This document shows positions 37,901 to 51,000 of a stretch of DNA of 64,000 nucleotides, in pieces; the stretch's first letter is position 1; each line of letters begins with the position of its first letter. The notes beneath the pieces are model-generated. The model saw only the letters and a program-made list of their open reading frames with translations. It made no database searches and had not been told where the DNA came from. A program made the translations under genes and the position numbers. Origin of the DNA: the human T2T-CHM13v2.0 reference genome, Homo sapiens. Location of the stretch: assembly GCA_009914755.4 (NCBI GenBank), contig CP068257.2:36704001-36768000 (forward strand), given 5' to 3'.

Positions 37901-39984
37901 AAGGCAAGAGATAATATATCATATTTTCAAATTTTTGAATTATGAGAACATGTCATTCATTCAAAAATTGAATGTAAAAAGGGTTAAGAAAGAGAATAAA
38001 GCAAGGGCCGGGACACATCTCCACTGTCTTCCCATGGCCCTCTCAGAAGTGGATCACACCTGGTGCTGGGCAGGGGGACAGAAATTGCTGTGGCCTGAGC
38101 AGAGCCTGGGTCCAGCCAGCATCTACACAGCCCACGTCCTCCCAGGGGAATTTCTCTGTGCTCTGTTTTGAGGGGATGGTCCTGGTACTGGAGTAGCAGA
38201 GCCAGGTCCCTGCTTCTTGCATACCCCTGAGGCTGCCCTGTTTGCTCTTCTTGTGTGGAGGGCATTGGCAGAGGCCTCTGGCCTGTAGAACCTTTGTGAG
38301 CTGAGCCACAACTCACTTCGAGCTGTTCTCTGCCCTGGCTTTGCTACCCTGAGGTCTCCAGTGCCATCCACACCTTCCGTCTGCCACCGCCAACAGCCAC
38401 AGGTGATGGATGGGGACCATAATGTGAGAGGAGAATTGTGTACTGGAAATCAGCATGAAGGGATATCCAAAGACCTGGAGAAACCCAAATCACATGGGGA
38501 TGGGAGAGTGAAGACCCAAGGGAGGGATGTGCGGCAAGACCTGCTCTGAGCTCTGAGGGTGCAGATGTAATCAAGACTGAGTGCTGCCCCACCAGACCTG
38601 TAGACGAACTCTCCTTCTGGTGAGGCAGTGAACCTGCAAGCACGGGAAGGTGGTGGTGGGTTGGGTGCCATGGAGGAAATGAGGAAGCAGGAGATACACT
38701 GGGGGCCAGGTGGGGTTGCAGGTCTCAGCAGGGTGGGGCTGAGGTGGTGATGGGTGAGGGAGTGAGCTGTGGAGTATCCAGACAGGGAAAGCAGCAAGTG
38801 CAAAGGTGCTGGGACAGGAGTGGATTTTGCGGGTCTGCAGGGCAGTCGGTGTACTGGGAGTGGAGTGGATGAGGTAGGACATGGAGGCTACAGAGTCTCA
38901 GAACCCGTCAGAGGCTGGTGTGCAGTCAGGTTCTGCAGGGCATTGTTGGCCACTAGGAGGATTACAACTTTTTCTCTTACCCCAAGTGGACTTGAAACCA
39001 TTGGAGGGTCTGAGGGAAGAGTGATATGGTCAGATGAAGTTTTTAAATCATGTATTTAATTATTCTAGTTGATGTGTAGAGAATGGAATTGGTGAGGGAG
39101 GAGAGAGTAGAAGTAGGGGGACAAGTTAGGACTGATGGGAGATTGAGTTGCTCCTTGGCCGTCACAGGATTCTGCATCCTCTGCCTTTACCATGGGCCTT
39201 GCCTGCCTCTCCCAGGGACAGAGTGTACCCCTCCAACCTTATTGACTGCGCATTTGGCCATGTGACTTGCTTTGCCTCGAGGGACATGAGCAAAGGCCAC
39301 ATCTGAGCAGAAGTTTTGAGGGCCATTGCCTGGTTGGCTCTTGCTTTTTTCCCTCTGCTCTGAGAAGAGGCATTTCCAACAGGGGGTCCCCTCCAGTCCA
39401 GGTCCTAGAATGGGAAAGCCTATGGAGCAGGGCTGCCACCGTGGCACACAGCCATGACAGAGGTGGGAGTGAGAATGAGATGGCTGTCGTCGTAAGCCTT
39501 GGAGATGTGGAGAGTGCTGACCGACACAGGGGCCCTTGGGGTACCAGACTACAGAGGCACTGCTGGAACGGTGTGAGGTGAGTTGACTTTGTAATGTTTT
39601 CTGAACAGCAGAGCTACCCAAATTGGAGTTTGATGTATGGCATTAGGGAGAGTTTGATTTGGTTTAGGGATATGTTAAGTTCGAGATACTCATTAGACAT
39701 CTAGGTAGAGGCTGGAGTTCCTGGAAAATGTCAACTACAGGTACAACTTGGAGTCATCGTCTCACATTTGCAAACTCAATATATGCAAATGGTATGAAAA
39801 GTCATGAGGCTATACGTGATCAACCAGAGAGAGGGTGTAGAAAGAGGTGTCTTCTTAGGACCTGGGGCACTCCAGCATGTGCAGAATGGAGATCTCAAAG
39901 GGCGAGTGAGCACTGACCTGGTGGTGGCATAGGCAGGTGCATGTCAGGGAGAGAGAACCTGTGTGCAAATACAAGGAAGGTGAG

Positions 39985-40332
39985 TGACATGGTTTGGCTG
40001 TGTCCCCACCAAAATCTCATCTTGAATTGTAGCTCCCATAATTCCCACATGTTGTGGGAGAGGGCAGGTGGGACATACTTGAATCATGGGGGCAGTTCTC
40101 GTGGTGGTGAATAAGTCTCGCGAGATCTACTGGTTTTATAAGGGGAAACTCCTTTTGCTTGGCTCTCGTTCTGTCTTTGCTGGCTGCCAGGTAAGATGTG
40201 CCTTTTGCCTTCCATCATAATTGTGAAGCCTCCCCAGCCACTTGGAACTGTGAATCCATTAAACCTCTTTTCCTTTTATAAATTACCCAGTCTTGGGTGT
40301 CTTTATCAGCAGCATGAAAACGGACTAATACA
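39985..40332 (+). mobile_element. MaLR solitary LTR, THE1-type, essentially full length
   Basis: tgacatggtttggctgtgtccccaccaaaatctcatcttgaattgtagctcccataattcccacatgttgtgggag...gaatcatgggggcag...cgagatctactggttttataagggg...cattaaacctcttttccttttataaattacccagtcttgggtgtctttatcagcagcatgaaaacggactaataca matches my recollection of the THE1 consensus from end to end. Confidence 0.85.
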
Positions 40333-42326
40333 GTGAGAGAGCATGACACCTTCAAGAAGGGGGCAGAGGACAAACTCTCCAGCCTGCCTGGGCTCATGCC
40401 CAGCACTGTGGCCCTTCTCTATCCAGGAGCCTTCCCTGTCATTATGCACACCCTCAGTCACTGTCCTCTGCTTGGCAGCACCTCTCTGGACTCACGGTTT
40501 GTGGACCAGTTTGTTCTCATTAATCCCACGACTTAAATTTCTAGCACCCATGACACACAACCTTTCCCTCTCCTAACTCAACCCCTTTGTCACTTTCCCC
40601 CACTTCTGACGTAAAGGTAACCCATCTTCCCCAATTACAATTTCTTGTGGCCCAGCCTTGCCCCAGTACCAATTTTTAGGAGATGATTTTTGTCACCATA
40701 GGTTTTATTTTACTGTGAAAGGCATAAGATTTGTTTGGGGCTCTTCTCTCTCTATGTCCACCTTCCCTGCCCTCAAGTTCACCATGCTCCCCCAGCATGA
40801 TCTCCAGTCTTCCCTAATGGCTGTTGGCTCCACTTCCCTCCAGCACTCTAAGAGTTATCAGCCTGCAGAATTATGAGCTGCTCAGGTCACCCTACAGCAA
40901 GTCACTCCTCCCACCCAGATCATTCTCCCTCAACCCATCAGAGCAATCCCTGGAAAACAGGAAGGTGGCCCTTCACTCCCTCCCCTGCCACACTCCCGCC
41001 TGGCAATTCCACCATGGCTGCTTTCAGCCTCACAGGGACCTCAAGTCCCTGGATACTTCCATCCATGCCATGATGTCTGGAACTCTCAAGAAATATTTTG
41101 GACAGTTTATCTGCCTGCTCTTGGATTTATTGAGCAGGGAAGAAACTCTGTAAGTTCACATATCTCTACTCTATCCCTGACAATTTTTTTCTGGGACTGG
41201 AGAGGAACCAGAAAGGGAATGGAGTTGGGGATTGAGGAAAGAGGGGAGAAACAAGAGAAGGGAATACCTTGGGCAGCTGGGCAAGAAGAAACAAAGCCAC
41301 ACCATCCAGAGACAGGGATTTTGGAATAACTGCAAAGTCACAAAAGTATTGGGAAGATGACTTAATGCCCTTGAATTCAAGTCCTCAGACATACACAGAT
41401 ATTGTGGTGATCATCATAGCAAAGCTAGCCTTCCCAGGAAAGAGAATGCCAGAGGTTTTCCTCAGAGGAGGCATAGAATTAGCCTAGCCAGTGACCAGTT
41501 AGCCAGTGACCAGTTAAAGGACAAGTGTTGACTTTGACTTTACCCCAGTCCACTCACGCTGCCACCCCCATGCCCTACAGACCCAGCCATGTCCTTGTGT
41601 AAAGCACACCAGGAGACACCAAAGGTATCACAGAGCAGGTCCAAGTGGGACATGGGTTCTGAAACCTTAATGCAAACCAATGGCATGCTGGTATCTGATC
41701 CCACCATGACCTTCATCTCGAGAAAGGTGCCACGAGGCTGTTTCTTGAAAGGAAGTTTTGTTGACCTGGTTCCTATACTGAATATGACCACTCACTACCT
41801 GGATTTCTTTAGCCATTTGGAATAGGAGCAAGACCACAAGCGCTCATTACCTTCCTGCATGAAATTACATCTCCTGGGAGGAAGAGAGCCATAAACATCA
41901 AGGTGGGTGTCACCTGGTCTTAATTTCTTGGCTTCATTAGAAAAATCTGAGAACTTGGAATGACATACCCACAGAGAACATTTGGGTTTACATAAACTAG
42001 TATATCCTTCATGTATAAATACATAGTTTAATGTAAAAGAATTGTGGGCCCAAACCAACAGTTTTAGGGTATTTAATTAGGATATTATTCAATAAGCACA
42101 AACGGCTCTTCCTAGGTCGGTATTTGATTCACCACTGAAAAATTTGAAACTAGGAAGCAAATCTCTAGAGAAGTTGCATTTATTATTTTGGAGTAATGGT
42201 AAACTTTGGGGATTTGATGAAAACGATGGGCCATCTCATCATAAAAATTCACACATACAAACATTTTTTTCTATGCAATTTAGAGGGTACCCAGCCCTAG
42301 CTAAGAATCTCTGATCTATTGATTAA

Positions 42327-42692
<366 letters not shown>

Positions 42693-43955
42693 TAGTGCCT
42701 GAAAGCTACGATGACATGGGCGTGAAATGGGCCCAGTGCAGACTACATGTGTGAGAAGAGACTTCCTTCAGGCCAGCACGACACTTCTTCCCTATGGTCA
42801 CAAGTGCCTTTTTCCTCTTTGTGTAACAACTCCTCTCTAACCATCTGCAGTTTGCATGTGTTGAACCAAACCCTAACTCCAAAAACTTAGGTCTGGTCAG
42901 TTGAAACCTCCCATTTATTTGGCTACAGTGATGGGTTTGGGGATGGATATGTGACCAAAGTCAGTGAGTGAGACTCAATTCCAGGACTCTCTTGAGACTA
43001 CTGGGAAAAACAATGCTATTTCTGTTGGAGTGGTTGAGAGGCCATGATGTAAGCCAGGGATTCTCAACCAGTGGTGATTTCACCTCCCATGGGACATTTG
43101 GGAACACCTGGAGACATTTTTGGTTGTCACTTCTAGGGATGTGCTACTGACATGTATTGGGTAGAAACCAGGGATGCAGTTGAACCTCCTACAAATGCAT
43201 GGGACAACCATCCCCAACAAAGAATTATTCTGCCACAAATGCCAATAATGCAGAGGTTGAGAAACGCTTCTGTAAGCTTAGAGTTTGAGCAACTATTTTG
43301 GTGTTGCATAAAATGAGCCTGCCCAAGACTGAGGCCAACTGAAAGGAGATAAAGCTGAGAGATGGAGGAAGGGCAAGTCATGAAGATGTCCTTTGAGATC
43401 TGGGATGCATCTCTGTCTGAAGTTGAGCCCTGGACTTTACAAAACTGTATCATTTACAAGTAATTGCTTCCTGATTCAGCCTTCTGTTGATTCAACAACA
43501 CATGTTCGTTAGGTGGCTGCCAGGTGCCAGGACTCTTACTTTCATTGAGTTATACCAGCAACGATGTTAATGAGAAACAAATAACACAGATAAATAAAGA
43601 AAATAGAACTGGGAATGGCGGATTGCATACAGAGGCTAATTCAGATGAGGAGGAAACTGGAAATCAACAACAGAACATCCTCCGTGTGCATATATTGTGG
43701 TCTATGATGTATGAAAATGTAAAGTACATGATATTTGGTGCTCCTGAAAGAGTGTGGCTGCAGTCACAGTCATCAAATCCTTGCAGTGTCTTCACAAAAT
43801 CTCAAGTTCAGAACCCCTCTAGGATTGCTATGTAGGTACTAGTATAGAAGAGAGCATTTCTGATCTGTAAAGAGAAAACATGCAGGATTCTGCCTTCAGA
43901 TGGCATTTTATTTCCTGGCTGGGGGCATGAGACAGACTTTTGGTATTGAAGGACT

Positions 43956-44669
43956 TTGACTCCTAGATGCTGGCAAGGCTGTGGAGAAATAGAAACGCTT
44001 TTACACTGTTGCTGGGAATGTAAGTTAATTCAACCACTGTGGAAGGCAGTGTGGCAATTTCTCAAGGATCTAGAGCCAGAAATACCATTTGACCAAGCAG
44101 TCCCATTACTGGATATATACCCAAAAGATTATAAATCATTCTGTTATAAAGATGCATGCACACATATGTTTATTGCCACACTATTTATAATAGTAAAGAC
44201 TTGGAACCAACGCAAATACCCATCAATAATAGACTGGATAAAGAAAATGTGGCACATATACACCATGGAATACTATGCAGCCATAAAAAGGAATGAGTTC
44301 ATGTCCTTTGCAGGGACATGGGTGAAGATGGAAGCCATCATTCTCAGCAAACTAACACAGGAACAGAAAACCAAACACTGCATGTTCTCACTCATAAGTG
44401 ACAATTGAACAATGAGAACACATGGACACATGGAGGGGAACATCATACACCAGGGCCTGTCGGGAGGTGGGGGGCAATGGGAGGGAGAGCATTAGGACAA
44501 ATACCTAATGCATGCAAGGCTTAAAACCTAGATGACGGGTTGATAGGTGCAGCAAAGCACCATGGCACATGTATACCTAGGTAACAAACCTGCACGTTCT
44601 GCACACGTATCTCAGAACTTAAAGTAAAATTTAAAAAAATAAAAAAATAAAATAAAATAAAAATAAAAC
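43956..44669 (+). mobile_element. L1 LINE 3' end (young L1PA-like): ORF2 C-terminal remnant plus 3' UTR and A-rich tail
   Basis: Near-consensus L1 3' sequence: tggcaaggctgtggagaaatagaaacgcttttacactgttg...atggaatactatgcagccataaaaaggaatgagttcatgtcctttgcagggacatgg...cacatgtatacctaggtaacaaacctgcacgttctgcacacgtatctcagaacttaaagtaaaat, then an (A/AAAT)-rich tail. The 150-aa ORF 43956..44408 (KMWHIYTMEYYAAIKRNEFMSFAGTWVKMEAIILSKLTQEQKTKHCMFSLI) is the ORF2 C-terminus. Confidence 0.93.
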
Positions 44670-46689
44670 GATTTTGACACCACGAAATTGCTGAGTCCTG
44701 AAAGAGAACAAATGGTTCTGTGCAGACCAGGCACTACAGAGAGGTGCAGAGCTGAGGGGCAAATGAAGGCTCACATGGAGCCCAAGCTCCCATCACCCAG
44801 TCTTGCACTTGCCTTGAGTGTGTGTAACCCCAGGGAGGGGCACATTGTTATGAATTATTTGCCCAGAGGGTTTGTCTGCCCTGAGCAAGTGCCTTTACTT
44901 ATTTACACAAAGGGGTCCTCTGTGCTGGGTGGTAGCCCCACTGGTGGAAGCTGTAGTGTGCCCCAATCTCTCTTCTCATGCCTTCTCCATAGTCACAGAG
45001 CAATGACAGCATTCTTCTGGCCCCTTGCTGTCAGATGCAGGCACTGCCTACCATCTGATCAATGGGGAGTAATCACACATGCCATGCAGCAGCTTATAGG
45101 GACTTCCCTAAGGGACACCTGTCACATGCTTTTTGTCCCTGTTCTTTATCCTTTCCTCATTAGTGCTAGCTGGACTGCAGATGTTATTCAACCAAAGACA
45201 CACGCCCTGATGAAACGCACACGGGGCCTGCTGGGGAAGCACTTGTTGGAGAAAACTCCAGGAGTCAGGAGCAGAAGTGAGCATGTGGATCACCTGTTGG
45301 ACATAATGGTTCTGCAGCAGTGCACAGAGGGCTTACAGGGCCTGGCATCTGACTGTGGGAGAGGGACTTAACCCTTAGGAGGGTTTTAAACTTATGTCTC
45401 CTAGAAAGACTAGGAGTTTGGATCCAACAGCAGTAAGAGGCAGCGGGACCTGTCTCTGGTTTAATTCCATCAGCTCAGCTTCATGGCTGAGGAACACTCA
45501 TTCCATCCCTTGGTGAACCAGGGTTTGAAGTCCAAACCTTGCAGTCTCAGTTTCCATGACATGGCAGATGGGACCTGATTTGCCACCTCGAGCACTCAGC
45601 TGTACCAACTCAGACACCAACTTGTGGGAAATCAGTCTTGAAAAAGACTTGTAGCCTGTGTTGGTCAGTTGTTCCAACACAAGTCTCAGAGTTGCTCTGT
45701 GAAGGTATTCTGTAGATGTGGTTAGCATCAACAATCAGTTTGCTTTGAGTAAAGAAGATTATCCTTTTTAGCCTGGGTGGGTGGGCCATGTTGAAAGACA
45801 TTAAGAGCCACACTGAGAAAGAAGAAATGCTGCTTGTAGATGACAATGTCAGCTCCCACCACAGTTTCCAGCCTGCTAGCCTAAGGATTTCAGGCTTTCC
45901 CAGCCAGACCCCCAATTCCTTGAAATAAATAAATATATATCTTACTGGTTCTGTTTTTCTGGTAGAACTCTGATACCTAGTGCAAGTCCAACTTGGACTT
46001 GCTTTTCCATGAATATGTTGGAATTAGAGCATCTATGTTTGACCAGCATAACTATGCACAGGGGAGCAACAAGATAACAAAGATCCTGGATCTTCTTACC
46101 CTGCGGATCCACAATAGCCCTTGGCCATACACCTCTGGATTTTTACACAGAAAAGATGCAAACTTCTACCTCAATGAAGCCATTGTTTTTCTTCTCTCAT
46201 AGCAAACTTAATCCTAAGTAATGTATATTTATTGGGTGACTATTATTTGCTCAACAGATAAGGAAAGAGAACTTCTGAGGAACTAAATGACATACCCAAG
46301 ATCACGCAACCAGCAAGTGGTAGGAATAAATGCACGCCTGTGGGGTTTGAAAGCCCACACTATTTGAACTACAAAATCCAGAATTTCAGGGTCCCACTTA
46401 TGCTTCTACAACAGCCCTTTTACATCTAGGCGTGGGGGGAATATTTCCTTAAGCAATAGTCTTTGGCTTCAGAAAATCTGAGCGTCGTCATATACTTTCA
46501 CAATGGAATGAGAGAAGAGCCAGCCAAAGGTATTTCAGAAGCAGAGAGAGCACTTTGCAGATCTAAGGTCTACCAAGGCTATCTCAGCTTAGCCATTCTT
46601 CAGGTCTAACGCGATGTACTAGGTTAGGCAGAAGTCACAGGCCGAAGTCCAGAGAAAACAAGATGCATCAGTCACTGTGTAACTATTTA

Positions 46690-47020
46690 TTGCTGTGTAA
46701 CAAATTTCTCCATAAACATTTATTATCTCACAGTTTTGGTGGATCAGGCATTCAGAAGCAGCTCACGTGGGTGGCTGGTGGCTCAGGGTCTCTCATGAGG
46801 TTTCAGTTAAGATGTTGACCAAGACTGAGGTTACACGAAGGCTTGACTGGGGCTGGAGAATTGGCTTTTGACAGGAGGCTTCATTTCCTCATCCCATACA
46901 CTTCTCTGTAGGGCTGCAAGTCTTCATGACATGGCAGTCTCTTCCCCCAGAATAAGTGATGCAAAGAGAAGGCCACGCTGCCTTCTATGACCCAGTCCCA
47001 GAAGTCACACACTGTCACAT
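46690..47020 (-). mobile_element. Ancient LTR-like (MaLR/MLT-related) repeat copy, same family as 3050-3460
   Basis: ttattatctcacagttttggtggatcaggcattcagaagcagctcacgtgggtggctggtggctcagggtctctcatgaggtttcagttaagatgttgaccaagactgaggttacacgaaggcttgactggggctggagaattggc...ttcatttcctcatcc...tggcagtctcttcccccagaataagtgatgcaaagagaaggccacgctgccttctatgacc. Confidence 0.6.
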
Positions 47021-47929
47021 CTGCTATATTCTATTCATTAAAAGCAGATCATTGGGTCCAACCTATACAAAAAGGGTGGGGAAATTAAGCTCCACTCTTG
47101 AAAAGAGGAAAATCATAGGCGACCCATATTAGAACAAGACAGAATTCTGCACAGACATTCATCAACAATAACTAACCAACAGAGGGCATTTGGCAGAGGA
47201 AGCAAACCTTCTGTGGAATAACGAAACCTACGGTACAGAGAGTGAACTCTCAGCCACCTCCCAGGAGGACATGAAACATCCTCTGCAGAGAACAATTAGA
47301 GTGCAGCACATTTCACAACATTGCTGAACACTGCTCCAACAGGGGCATGCTCCTGGTGGAAGCAAAACTGGGGCTCAGCTTCCATCCTAGGCCTCTGGAC
47401 CCGTGATGGGAAGGGTTCTTTTTCCATATTATTTAAAAAATAACTAAAGTCAAAGGGACATTGTATATACAGAACAGTGTTTGAAATGAACATGTATAAC
47501 CAATAAAGAAAACACTACCACAAAGAGAATTAGAACATTGCCAGGCTCTTAAAAGATCTGATTCTCCCTTCTTAACCCCATCCCTCTTCTTCCCGTTGAG
47601 AGGTAATCACTATCTTGGCTTTGGAATAATCATTCCCTTGCTTTTCCTCGTTTTTTTGTTTGTTTGTTTTGTTTTTTTCACTACCATTGCATGACGCCTA
47701 AATAATATATTATCTTTCTCTGCTTTCAAAATGTAAATAAATGGAACCATATCATATATGTTGTCCTGCTACATGCCCCTTTGGTGCGACAGTGAGTTTG
47801 TTAAGTTTCATTAATTGCTGTATAAACTCCATTATGTGGATATACCTGCATTGGCTAATCCAATCTAATGTTGATGGATTCTTGGTTGATGAATGCTCAT
47901 GAAAAAATTTCTTTTTTCTATATGCATGA

Positions 47930-48023
47930 CCCAATCACCTCCCACCAGGCCCCAACTCCAACATTGGGGATTACAACTGAACATGAGATTTGAGCAGGGA
48001 CATAGATCCAAACTGTATCAGAC
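47930..48023 (-). mobile_element. THE1/MST-type LTR end fragment, truncated by the L1 insertion at 48024
   Basis: caatcacctcccaccaggccccaactccaacattggggattacaactgaacatgagatttgagcagggacatagatccaaactgtatcagac is the terminal ~90 bp of the MST/THE1 LTR in complement orientation. It abuts the L1 poly-T directly. Confidence 0.7.
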
Positions 48024-51000
48024 TTTTTTTTATTAACTTTAATTTTGAGTTCAGGGGTACAAGTGCAGGTTTATTACATAGATAAACTTGTGTCATGGGT
48101 GTTTGTTGTCCAGACTATTTCATCACTCAGGTATTAAGCCTAGTACCCATAAGTTATTTTTCCAGATCTTCTCCCTCCTCCCACCCTCCCCGCTCTGAAA
48201 GGCCCCAGTGTGTGTTGTTCCCCTCTATGCGTCCATGTATTCTCATCGTTTAGCTCCCACTTATAAGTGAGAACATACGGTATTTGGTTTTCTGTTCCTG
48301 TGTGAGTCTGTGAAGGATAATGACCTCCAGCTCCATCCATGTCCCTGCAAAGGACATGATCTCATTCTTTTTATGGTTACATAGAATTTCTTGGTGTACA
48401 TGTACCATATTTTCTTTATCCAGTCTATCATTGATGGGCATTTAGGCTGATTTCATGCCTTTGCTATTGTGAATAGTGCTGCAGAGAACACTGAGGTGAA
48501 CATGTCTTTATAATAGAATGTTTTATACTCCTTTGTGTATATACCCAGTAATGGGATTGCTAAATCGAATGGTATTTCTGTCTTTAGGTCTTTGAGGAAT
48601 CACCACCCTGTCTTCCACAATGGCTGAACTAATTCACACTCCCACCAACAGTGTATAAGCATTCCTTTTTATTCACAACCTTGCCAGCATCTGTTATTTT
48701 TTGACTTTTTAATAATAGCCATTCTGACTGGTGTTAGATGGTATCTTATTGTGGTTTTGATTTGCATTTCTCTAATGATCAGTCATGTTGAGCTGTTTTT
48801 TCAAATAATTGTTGGCCACATGTATGTTTTCTTCTGAAAAGTGTCTGTTCATGACCTTTGCTCACTTTTTACAAGGGTTGTTTCTTTTCTTTGTAAAGAA
48901 ATTAATAAATTTAAGTTCCTTATAGATGCTGGATATTAGACCTTTGTTAGATGTATAGTTTGCAAAAGTTTTCTCCCATTCTGTAGATTGTCTGTTTACT
49001 CTGTTGATAGTTTATTTTGCTGTGCAGAAGCTTGTTAATTAGATCCTATTTGTCAATTTTTGCTTTTGTTCAGTTGCTTTTGGCATCTTCATCATGAAAC
49101 CTTTGCCTGTGCCTATGTCCTGAATGATATTGCCTAGGTTGTCTTCCATGATTTTTATAGTTTTGGGTTTTACATTTAAGTCTTTAATCCATCTTGCTTT
49201 AATTTTTGTATATGGTGTAAAGAGGGGGTCTAGTTTCAATATTCTGCATATGACTTACCACTTATCCTAGCACCATTTATTGAACAGGGAATCCTTTCCC
49301 CATTGCTTGTTTTTGTCACTTTTGTCCAAGATCAGATGGTTGTAAGTGTGCAGTCTTATTTCTGGGTTCTCTATTCTGTTCCATTGGTCTATGTGTCTGT
49401 TTTTTGTACCAGTACCATGCTGTTTTGGTTACTGTAGCCCTGTATTATAGTTTAAAGTTGGGTAGTGTGATGCCTTCAGCTTTGTTCTTTTTGCTTAGGA
49501 CTGTCTTGGCTATTCGGGCTTTTTCATATCAGACTTTTTAATGTTTGACAATATGGTGGGTGCAAAATAGATATTATTTTGATTTTAATTTATATACCCT
49601 TAGTTACCATGAGCTTGAGCATTGTTTATAATTAATTGTTCATCATGTTTCCACTCTTGAAAAGTGATCTATTCAATTCTTTTGCATATTTCCCACCGTT
49701 TTTACTTGTTGATTTACAATAGTTAAACATTTTGGTTACTAGTGTTTTGCAGGTGATATGAGTTACAAAACTTTCTCCCAGCAGGTAGTTTATCTTTTCA
49801 CTCTCTTTAATGATATATTTTAATTTAAACACCCTTAATGTTAATATAGTAATATCTATCAATATTTCTTTTACAGGTTGTAGTTTTTATGTCTTGTTTT
49901 ATAAAACCGTTTTGCACCTCAAGGTCATATTCTCCTGTAATACCTTCTAAAATGCTTTATAAGTTTAAATTTTACATTTAAATCCTTAATCATATATGTG
50001 TGACTGATTTTTACATGTGGTATTATGTAGGGGTCCAATTAATTTTCCCCATTATAAAGATTTCTAGTTGTTTGGCCTCATTTATTGAAAAATCCACTCT
50101 TTCTGAGTTGATGTTTAGTACTATTTCTGATTATATCAAGTATGCATATCTGTTAGATTAGTTTATGGACTTTCCTATTCCATTGTTGTGTCTCTTTTGA
50201 GCCATCCATACTGTTATTCTTAATTACAATAACTTTATAATAAGATTTAGTTCCTAGGGGAACAAAAAACACAACACATGTGCTGTGCTTTCAAGCATAG
50301 CTGGGCCTGTGCAATCTGGCCCTCTGTGTAATTTTAAAAACAGCTTGTAAAAAAAAAAATGTACTGCCGGATTTTTTTTTTCAGAGGAATTGCAGTGGGT
50401 TTCTAGATTATCTTGCAAACAATAGACATCTTTATAATATGGAATTATTAAATCCATGTACATGATCCATCACTTCATTTGCTTACGTTGTCTTTAATGT
50501 TTTTAAATGAAGGTTTATTGTTTTCCCATAAAGCTCTTGCATATCTTTATAGAATTATTCTTAGGTATTACATTTTTATGCTATTGAAAATGATATATTT
50601 TTAAATTTAACCTTCTCAATGTATATGTTAGTATGTAAAAATGCAATTGAATTTTGATTCCAACAATTTTGCTAAAACTCTTAAATAAAATTCAAAAATT
50701 AACCTAATGATTAATTAGAATTTTATACATGCACAGCCATATTTTCTATGAATAATAATAGATTTGTTTCATTCCAATACTTACCATTTTTATTTCTTTT
50801 TTCCTTACCATAGTATTCTGGTGAGCCTCCAAACCTATGTTGAATAGTAAGCATCTTTTTCTTGTTCTTGACAGCAAAGAAAATGCTTTTAATTATATAG
50901 CTTTATGTGAAATATTTGCTATACATTTTCTATAGACACTATTATCAAGTTAAAGAAGTCATATTCTTTTCTTAGTTTGCTAGTAGTTAATAAGATATAG

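Noticed and set aside
43956-44408. 150-aa ORF and the 63-66-aa ORFs at 48140-48441
   Set aside because: These are remnants of L1 ORF2 (C-terminal region) inside retrotransposon copies. They are not host genes and were annotated as part of the mobile elements instead.
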